From the human T2T-CHM13v2.0 reference genome, Homo sapiens, in assembly GCF_009914755.1 (NCBI RefSeq), contig NC_060935.1: 64,000 nt of DNA. The stretch is one strand, 5' to 3'. The position numbers and the translations under genes were made by a program. Below are positions 54,521-64,000 of this stretch, piece after piece. Every line of letters begins with the position of its first letter. Positions within the stretch are counted from its first letter, which is position 1. Under the pieces are notes generated by a model. It was not told where the DNA came from. It saw nothing but the letters and a program-made list of their open reading frames with translations, and ran no database searches.

Positions 54521-55919
54521 GGTGCTAAGCCTTCTAAAAATAGAGGCACGCTCTATTTTTTTCCATATTTTTATAAGATAGTTTCACGATATATCTTAGG
54601 ACTAAAATTGAGATCTATCCTCCTGGTTACAAGGGGCGAGTGTAGTATCCATAGCTTTTTGAATGGCAGACTCCAAGTTTGTGTGACTTGAGTATGCGTG
54701 TGTGTCTATGTGTATACACACAGTTAATATTGAGAACAGACCCTTGAAGACCACTATACCTACCTATGGAGCATGACATAAAGTGAAATGTAGCATTAAA
54801 ATTATATTAAAATATTTGGGAAAAAATAGACAATTTTACCACCTGATCCAAAGGAGGGAGCTTTTTCTAGGCAAGTAATTTCACTGAAGTGATGGCTTTC
54901 TGTGTCAGTTTTCTTTGCTATTACTGGCCTGGGCAACATTAAATCTGGCTGAGGCTCAGCACTGGACAAAATACAAAATGATCACAGGCACTCAGGCTTC
55001 TGTAGAGCATCAATTCACTTTCTAATGAAAAAGAAGGAGTAAAGAGAGTGAGGGAAAAAAGAAATTGTTGGCAAGCTAAAAAGAGTTTAAGAAATGAAGA
55101 GGAGAAAAGGTAAAGTGATCAGAGGTGAGAAAAATGAGGAGAAGAGAGATAAATGGTTTGCCATGAGGAGAATGTAGACCTTTAACGTGAATCTGATGAA
55201 CCAAGCCACTCCGTGGAGATGGAGAAAGCCAGCCTTTCTTTCCCTCCTTAGCCACTATTTCTGGTAATATCAAGTCCATCTGTAAGGCAGGCAAGGTGAA
55301 TTTATTGTATTTAATAGCTTCCAATTTAACAAGTCGAATCGGAGGGATCCCCAAACTCTACTCCCCATGGCTATATGCTCACAGTGCTGTGATTTATGGT
55401 AAGCCCTCCTTTTTCCTAAAACAACCACCTGAGAGGATGTCTCCTGGCACGCGATGTCCTCTGAAAACCAGAGGCCAGTGGTTTTGGGAGCCAGACACAG
55501 GCATTGTAAGTAGCACAGGACGCTTCACTCAGCAGACAGGGCAGGAGGCCTCGGTAGATGTGCAGAAGTCGGGGAGAGGCAGGGCTAGCCTGCTGCTCTG
55601 ACCAGACCTAGTGAGGCAGGAGGGTGACTGTCGCTGCTTGGTGTCCTTCCCATCACAGCAGTGAGGCTGCAGGCCAAGCCTTCACCTGGACACGATCAGG
55701 GACTCTGGCTCTCTGAAGGGAGGTGGTGATCTCTTTTCTAATGCACTTCACTGGGTCCACATTAGGCCGACAAGTCAGGTTCCTCAGGGCTCCCGATGAT
55801 ACAGCAGGAGGATGTACATTCATCCCTGTCCATCAGCGCCTCCCAGGGAACCTGCGTGTCTGATTGAAGTAATTTCACCCATAGTGCACAAAGTGTATAC
55901 TCAATCAAATTTTATAGAA

Positions 55920-56640
55920 TACTTTTTTTTTAACGAAAACATTATGTTTGTTGTGCAAAGTTTTAGGGAGCAGTGATAAGCAAAAGCAAAACAGAACAAT
56001 TAAAACCACCTGTAATTCCCCATCCACATTCGTCATTGTTAACACAGTAGTGTATATGCTTCTGTCGGTATTTTCTACAGTTATGTAGTTATATTTTTCA
56101 TTTAAAAAAATGAATTCAATCTTTTGTTACCTACTCATATAACTTATGTATATACACATCTTTCTGTTTCATTAAATATTTTATGTTATATTTTATTGCT
56201 ACACAATATTCTATTTTCTAAATGGACCATCATTTAAGTAGTAATGCTCAGTGGTGAGAGAGTTAGATTGTTTCCAGTGGTTTTGCTGTTGTAAATACTG
56301 TTCAGATGAACATCCTCATTGTCTTTATTCACAAGCATGATTACCTCCTTAGGATATATTCTTCCAGTGGTATTGTGGCAGAGAATATGCAAACAGCAGG
56401 GTTTTTGACACCTGCTGTCAAATTGCCCTTCAGGAAGGTACCCTGAGCACCTCCACCCTCAGCCTCAGCCTCAGCCCGCTTGGTTCTTCCTGCTGTCACC
56501 CCTCACCAATGCTACCTATTATCATTTTGTTTAGGTTTGCTGCTTGATAGGTGGAAATGCCATGCCTTTGTTTTAAACTGCGTTGCCTGGAATAGTAATG
56601 AGTTTGAAATTTTCCCCAGATGTTGAAGGGCTACTTGATC
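55920..56640 (-). mobile_element. Ancient L1M(E) 3' fragment
   Basis: aatattctatt..aatggaccat...gattgtttccagt..ttttgctgttgtaaata...gatgaacatcct...ttaggatatatt...caaattgccctt. Confidence 0.6.
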
Positions 56641-59600
56641 TTTTGTCCCTATTACCTAGACACATGGATCCTAGCTGGGCTCTGGGAAGTGGCACTATGG
56701 CAACTGCTAGGCCTTCCCTCTCCTTGGAGAGGAATTAGCGAGAAAATGATGCCTCTTCAAGTGTGTTTTTAAAAGAGTTTAAAATGTAAAGGGGAAAATG
56801 TAGATGGCCAGAGAGATAAATTATAAATGGAGGATAATTATCGTAGTTTTTAGGAAAGGTAAAACATCAAAAGATACATAAATGACAAAAGAACTAAATA
56901 TCTTAGGAAGCCGACTTTCCTAAGGTAAGAATCGTGTGCTGAGTATGTGGCACCAAGACCTGGAAGGACCCATGTCCCTCCCACCCTCCCAGTGCCCCGA
57001 CCTCCCACCTCTGGTGCTGTGCTGTGACTCCACAGGGAGATTTTGTGCCAGTGCCCCCACCAGGGACTCATCACCACTCTAGCCCAATGACTCCAAAATA
57101 GCCTTCTCCTAAATATAATGTCCGCGCTTTGACTTTTAAAAATAGCAGCAGAAAATGACCAGGGGGCACTCTGTGATGTCCAAGATTCCTGGGGCAAAGC
57201 AGCCCCTGGAGCCTGTTCTTAAGATAGCTCCATCCTTGTCTTGCTGAATTATTTACAGAACTTGTGAGGGCAGAGGCTGAGTAGAGGTACTTCCTTTCTG
57301 AACATGCTCAGGCACTCCCTGGGCCAGGCAGGGAAGCCAGTGTCTGGAGGATGTCTGCTACCCGGTGTCAGGGAGTCTGCCATTGATTTTCTTTAGGACA
57401 AACCTCTCTGCAAATGCCACAGATTTACATTAGCCGCACTATAGAGACCCAGTCAGGGCCAGGCGCAGAGACGTGGGGAATGCCACGTGCTGATTTCTTT
57501 TCTGCTCTGGGCAGTTGCTTCTTTTCACTTCCACGTCTGAATGGCAGGGAGAAGCTGGGTGCCCCCACATGTGAGTCAGAATGTGACCTCTAGCATTTGA
57601 AAGTCCTAGTTATTAAATATATGATCTGAGTTGTCCACATTAAAAAGGCATTTGGGAGTGCGGGGATATGGAGAAAGATGATGAGCTTGATGTTTGGATT
57701 GATTTATTCTCAGTAGAGGTGATTTCAGCAGGCTTTCCCAGGCAAGTTAGGATACTTTAGCATTACTCTGGGTATCTGGCCAGAGTTTTCAGGGGTGTTA
57801 AATAGTGAGGCTCTTAAGAATGCAGGAAGCTTGGGTCATCTCCTGCGTTCCTAGGGTACTGCCGAGACTGGGTTCCTTTCATCGGTGTCTCGGGGGGTTG
57901 GGGGTGGGGGAGCTGAGCCACAGTGGAGCGGAACTGTCTGCATGGACCCTTCCCTTTCTTCCAGCTCCGGTGTTTGCCCACAATTCCACTCACTTAAAAT
58001 TTGCCTTTGTCTTCTAGCCAGGTAGCTTGCCAGGGGAAACTGGGTGTGAGTCAATGGCCTTCCTCTTCACTCTATGGTCAGCCTCTGTTTTTGTGGGACA
58101 GCATCAGCCTGAAGCCAGGCAAAAGGCCCAAGTCATGTAGTAAAAAGTGTGCAGGGCTCAGGACTGGAAGCAAAACTCTCCACCAACCAGCTTGGTGCTA
58201 TTAATCAGATACTGTAACTGCCTGGAAAGATGAGCAAACAAGCTGTATTCCTCAGGCTCCTATTTTGTGCTGTCTACATTGTGTCCTCTGTGCTACCTCA
58301 TTTAATCCTGTTAATCATGGTTTAGATGGGGGAATATCATCTCTAATATGCATATTTAGTAACTGAGGTTTATAGACCTCCAAGGTCATGTAAACTACGA
58401 GGTGGCCATGCTAGAATTTAAACAGCAGTTTTTATTTTTGTGAAAGTCTTGTTTTCTTTCCAAGATATTACAGCTGTCTTACTTCACAAAATTGTCCTGA
58501 GGACCAGATAATTGTAACATATATGAGAGGTAAAAGAAAAAAGTCTAACCAATGTTTGGTAGTGTGATTATTGCTTTTATATTCTAGTTAATTTTTCTGT
58601 GATGAAAAAGCAAGTTTCCAAAGGCCCTGGCTTTGAAGGGAAGTAATGCAACTTGGCCCAGTCTCTGGGTTTATCCCAGAAAGCCAGTTCCCCTCCAACT
58701 CCCTCCTGCAGGTGCAGTTTTCAGCTGGGCCCTCAGACACAGTCCACTTTGCATCCCACTTCTTGGGAAAATTTTTCTTAATGTTCACTAGCGCTAAGAT
58801 CATTCTGAAACCTCTCCCTGCACCACTGCAAGACTAGTGCATTCTTAAACCCTGCAGCCCAACCGTTACCTGTGATTTATTTTATTGTCATTTATTCCCA
58901 CAGACAATACACATAAAAATAAAGGTAGTAAGTGTAAGAGCATTTTAATTGCCATCCCACTAGTCTTAAATGTCCACTGTTTTTATATCTCCCCCTCCTA
59001 CCCTAGAAAATTTCAGAATAGAGAAGATCAATTTATCATCTTATCCTCGTTTCCTGATCTCAAATTGGAAGATGGACAGTTTTTATGTTAATAGAGAGTC
59101 GTTTCGAGTCAGGGAATTTTTCGAAGGAAAGTCGAGATAGATGGATGAATAGGTGGTTGTGTGTGTGTGTGTATTATATATATTAATATTAATAGAGAGG
59201 CTTCCTTTGTGGCCTCATGCAGAATGCTTAAAGATCCTAGAAATGTTGCTGTAGGAATGGAAGCAGAAGAAGCCGCAGGCTTCATGGTTGATTGCTTTTC
59301 TGATTGGTGCCATAAAAAAAATGCATTAGCGAGAGAATGTTTGATTTAAAGAGCGCCTAGATGCCGACACCACCTCTGTTTGTTTTCCTTCCTTTAGCAG
59401 AAACCTTGTAAAATTTTTATGAAGTATTAATGGATCTGAGATTTTCTCCAGCAAATTTTATGAGGTGAGCTTAATCCCACACATCCGACCCAATTTAGCA
59501 GTCTTTAGAGACATAGAACGTAAAAGGCACTCAGAAAGTATCCTGGGTGCCTCAGTACCAGGGGAGTGATGGGGCAGGGGTAGGGTATTTCCTCCCTCTC

Positions 59601-60198
59601 AGTGCTTTGGTAGACTCTCAGGGGTTGTGGGAGAACAGAGTGAAGAGGTACCCCACCCACAGAGAAGACCGCACAGGTAAGCCAAAACTTCAGATAGTAA
59701 ATCTTAATTCATAACTTAGCACTGACTTCAAGAACTTCCCTATATAACTGTAGTCTTTGATGAGAAAATCGTGTTTAGGGAAAACAAGAAATTATTTGTA
59801 TTAACAGTTTCTGTGCTGTCAACCTGGAATCACTGGCTTTAATCTAAGAAAGAGACATGAACACCGTCCTTCCTCCACCCCAATTTGTTTTCTGTATTTG
59901 AAACAAAAGAGCCTTGAAGAAGATAAGTTACATTTTTGTGTATGTTGATGAGTGCAGCTACGTTTTGTAATGTGAAGTTTGGCCTCCCACAAACCAAGCA
60001 ACTTGATGAGCCTCAGCACACTAGTGAGCATTTAGCAGTTCCCATCACTTACCTGTTTATGCTGATTCTGTACTACTCTCGCGAGTTCTTGCCCTGTAAT
60101 GTGTGAATTCCATTAGATTTATGGTGACGAAATGAAGGAAGAGAAGTTTTTTGGAAGAGAAATAGGAGCCTTCGCCAACTAAGAAATCACTGTGGCCT

Positions 60199-60636
60199 AT
60201 TCAAGAATGGTCAAGGGTTTGGGATTTTACCCTACTTTCAGGCAAACAAGTCCACATGCCACTGTTTCAGGGGTGCTGGCGGAAGAAACGAGACTCCAGG
60301 GTCAGAGATAAAAGACTTTGTTACTCGTGGCACAGCAGGCAGCATGAGCTCCATGTTCGTGTCAGTGCTTTTTGTTCCCCAGGTCTCAAGAGGGTGATGT
60401 GTATGGCCCAAGTGGATGTTCTGTGCTGAGGTGGTTTGCACCACAACCAAGTAACCCCTCATTTAGCAAACTCAAATCTTTTGTAATGGGCTGCCCGCAG
60501 ATTTGCCCAATCTTTTCTCAGAAGAGAGGTGTTCTCTTTATTTTACTGGACATAAAAATCTGCCTTGTGCCATGGAGGGAGACACCATTTCTGTCTTAAA
60601 GTTCTTCGCTGTATTAACATCCTTGAAAAGATAGTC
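60199..60636 (-). mobile_element. LTR40-like ERVL LTR, 5' end truncated at the adjacent Alu
   Basis: gattttaccctact...gggtcagagataaaagactttgttactcgtggcacagcaggcagcatgagc...gagggagacacc...aacatccttgaaaagatagtc matches the recalled LTR40 consensus in reverse. Confidence 0.8.
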
Positions 60637-60638
60637 AT

Positions 60639-60920
60639 GGCCAGGCATAGTTGCTCACACCTGTAATTCCAGCATTTTGGGAGGCCGAGGTGGGAGGATC
60701 ACTTGAGCCTAGGGGCTTGAGACCAGCCTGGGCAACATAGAGAAACCCCATCTTTACAAAATAAAATAATTAAAAAAAATTAGCCAGGTGTAGTGGTGCA
60801 TGCCTGTGGTCCCAGCTACTAGGGAGGTTGTGGTGGGAGGATCACTTGATCCCAGGAGTTCTGGGCTGCAGTGAGTTGTGGTCACACCACTGCACTCCAG
60901 CCTGAGTGACAGAGTGTCTA
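60639..60920 (+). mobile_element. AluJ lacking its 3' end and poly-A tail
   Basis: ggccaggcatagttgctcacacctgtaat...ggaggatcacttga (in both arms)...gtgacagagtgtc, then no A tail. Confidence 0.92.
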
Positions 60921-62779
60921 AAACAATACTTTACCTTGTTTTCCTGCGGGTGAATATTCTCATGAGTAAACCACCTCATCAACCACTCTGACTGATCAAG
61001 GTTGGTAGCAAATCCATTCAATTTGTCTAATACAGCATTTAATTAAAGCTACTATCAACAGGGTTTTGTGCAGCAGGATGAAGCTGTTCTACAGTATTGA
61101 CCTCAACATTGTTCCCCAAGATCCCAGACCTAACCAGATGAAGAAATGCCATAGACAATCATGGTCCAGGTGAGAAACAAAAGGGAAAGTTTTCCTTACG
61201 TTTCTATATTAACTTTCTCACTTGTCTGAGGCATGAATGCAGGTACAACAGCATGTACTAGAGATTGCACAGACCTGAGTAGGCTTGCAAAGAGGCAGTG
61301 GAGGGTAGTTGTGTTATCCATAACAATCCTGGCCAGTGCATTGAAGCTGATTTGAATTCCTTCCAGGGCAAGGGTGTTATCTCCTTAAATACTTGAGGTT
61401 CTCTGTGAGCACCTCTGAGCGTAAAAGTCACAGGGTGTTCAGAAGGGGCAAGTTAAGGCCTACTTCCACACAAGAAGTACAAGCTCGAGGGTGTTCATGG
61501 TGCCCCTGGATGGAAAGTCTTGTTTACAGTTGTTGGGACCCTCCCAGGTAAGACCTCCGTCCATCCAGAATCACAACTTGACATTGCCTCCAGTGTCATC
61601 TCCTACATGATCGTTAGGACTTAGGGGCTTCAGTTCTGCTAGAATAATTGAGTCTAACCCCTGTTTTTGAGGGACTTCCTGCCCTGTATATCCATGTCAC
61701 CGGCTGGATGCCATTCATCTGGCCTGTGGAACCATGGAGCAGTCAGTGACTCTAGGAAGGGAATCGGGGAGACAATGGCAGATGTTGACATATGTTTTGT
61801 GATGATGTTCCAGGAGCTGGCCCCATCCCCTAATGTTCCATATAAACTGCTCAGTTAGGTTAAGGGGAATCGTGATCAAATTGTGTTGAGAGCTGTCAGG
61901 AGGGGATGCTGGACCCAAGAGTCAGTTAAATGAAGGTATTTGCAGCAGATTGGGAGAACTGTATCAGGTCATTTTCCTCATGAAGAGGATTTATGGAGTG
62001 GTTCTATGACAAAAGATCCATCCTGTTCCCTTCCAGGGTCTACAGCGTTCCTCTCCAAGTGCCTGAGGTTTTGGTCCGTACTCTGCAAAATTGGTCTGTT
62101 ACATCCAGTAGCTCTAACTTCACCTTTTCCAATTATTTTCTGCTGATACCTGGAACTTTCATCCTGAAGATTCAGGTGCAGGAGGGTCAATATTGCTTTT
62201 TGAAATTCACAGAGATGCGTCATGCCTCCTACTTTGGCCTGTTTGAGCACCGTGAGGGGATTTGGACAACAGCGTCTTCAACCTACTGGCCATCACCTTT
62301 TTCATCCAGGAGCATGTCAATCCAACAAGAGAATTCAGGCAGCCTAACCAGATTTAAGCATGAGTCCCCTAGATCCTTTTGTAGCCAGGTTGCTACCCAA
62401 AGGGTGGGCCAACTATGCTGGCCTGGGGTTGCTGTCAAGGGAAGAAAATAACTCATGTTCCCAGGAATGGTCAAGCAGAAATCCTGAATTTGAAAAAACC
62501 TTCATTGTTCCCTCCATTTATTTTGTCCTGTTGATTATGCAGGAAATAGCAGGAAAGAGATGATCCCTTTCTTGGATCAGCCACTTTCGGGGGCCAAAGC
62601 ACCCTATTAAGGTGTGTGGAGTGGGAGGACATGAGGGAAAAAGAGACAGAAATCTTTCTGATTCAATTTTTCAGAGGCTATTCCAAAGCTTGGTGATACC
62701 AGATGCCTGTGGATGATGGGGAGAATTAAAGCCCGTCAAGTAATCCTTGACTATCAAATCCATTATTTAATCATTTTTG

Positions 62780-62915
62780 TGATGAAAGGTGCAGCATTGC
62801 TAGACTGAAGATACTCTGGAAAGCCTAGCACATGACACAGGTTGGTCTGATGAAAGGTGAAGCATTGCTAGACTGAAGATACTCTGGAAGGCCTAGCACA
62901 TGACACAAGTTGGTC
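62780..62915. repeat. Tandem duplication, 2 x 68 bp
   Basis: 62780-62847 and 62848-62915 differ at 3 positions. Confidence 0.95.
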
Positions 62916-63611
62916 TCAAAGGCCACACTAGCATGGGGAGCAGAATCAGATTACACTGGAGCAGCAGCACTGTATCCTGCAAGAGTGGCCGGCAGTGAGG
63001 CAGCATCAATAGCCCTGAGAGGGGGTCAAAAGTCAGACTGAGTGAGTGAGTCTTCCAGAACTGGGCAGGGGTAATTCCCCATGCCATGCAACCTTTCCCA
63101 CTGAGACAGAGATCACCTTTTGTCAGGAGTCACCAAGTGTGAAATGCAGTGGTAGTCCCTGCATTCGAAACATAGAGTCTTTTACTGTGTGCCTAGTCTA
63201 GGAAGGCGGACATGTTGCCACATCTAGGATGATGATGGATCCATGCACCAATGGTGTCCATGTTTCACCAAGGCTCCATCAGCAACTTGATTTTGCCTGG
63301 TCTCATGAGGGAACAGGCGTTTGTTGTGTCATCTCTGTGAGTGGCCTAGGTGGTTTGTGGGTGCCTACACCCATCAGATTCCCTTCATTCTGAGCCCCTT
63401 CCCTCCTTATGGCTCCTTAGCATACTTTCCTGGGTGCATATGTCCTGCAATACCTCTTGAGGGAGCACCAAGAAATACCAGCCCCTCTCATAATCATCTT
63501 TCTCTTTAAAGCAGTTGAGGTCAGAGTAGAGGGGGTAGGAAGGATCAAGGGGTGTGAAGGTCGAGAGCAGTTTCATGCCAATAAGCAAGGCACAACCAAA
63601 CACATTTCTAA

Positions 63612-63966
63612 TGTTATGGACTGCACAATTGTGTCCTTCCAAAATTCACCTGTTGAAACCCTAACCCTCAATGGGATAGTTTTGGGAGATGGGGACTTTG
63701 AAGGTGATTGGATCATGAGGTTGGAGCCCTCATAATGGAATTAGTGCCTTTATACGAAGAGACACAAGAGAGCTCCCTCTCTGCTGTCCTCCCTGTGAGA
63801 ACACAACAAGAAGGCAGCCATCAGGAAACCAGGAGGCGGGCCCTTGCCCTCCAGATCTGCTGGCATCTGGATCTTGGACTTCCCAGCCTCAAAAACCCTG
63901 AGGAACAAATGTTTGAACCACTCTGTCTATGGTAATTTGTTACAGATGATCTAACTGGCCAAGACA
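63612..63966 (+). mobile_element. MLT1A-like MaLR solo LTR
   Basis: TGTTATGGACTG...aaaattcacctgttgaaaccctaaccc...ggagccctcataatggaattagtgccttta...atcttggacttcccagcctc...aagaCA; ctaa on both flanks. Confidence 0.88.
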
Positions 63967-64000
63967 CTAATGTTTGCAATCCACACAAAGTTCCGTGTCC

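Noticed and set aside
59561-59585. Additional G-run clusters (also ~36886-36906 and ~57892-57910)
   Set aside because: G4-capable but isolated deep in the intron with no associated feature.

Overview
Primate genomic DNA (AluY/S/J and THE1 elements point to human or another simian) from an IgLON cell-adhesion gene, most likely NTM (neurotrimin). The only protein-coding sequence I can support is one 167-nt coding exon at 12757-12923 (+), encoding [55 protein letters not shown](R). It lies at the 3' end of a ~1.3 kb CpG-island promoter (the '1b' promoter). This peptide is shared by NTM and its paralog OPCML, so the NTM call rests on my recollection of the 5' UTR. Everything else is intronic: upstream is the long first intron of the distal-promoter isoform, and no next exon is seen in the 51 kb downstream. 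These introns carry Alu, MIR, L2, L1 and MaLR/ERVL LTR remnants, a 49/47-bp minisatellite and simple repeats. All other ORFs in the track look spurious. I do not see a convincing new multi-gene system. The best leads are regulatory or RNA-level: a hybrid first/internal exon, a perfect 4-tier G4 beside its donor, a perfect RFX palindrome in a SOX/FOX/NF-Y cluster, a RUNX/FOX-motif VNTR with a CpG-rich halo, and a 68-bp duplication that assembles a C/D-box snoRNA-like layout. Boundaries of old repeats are approximate.
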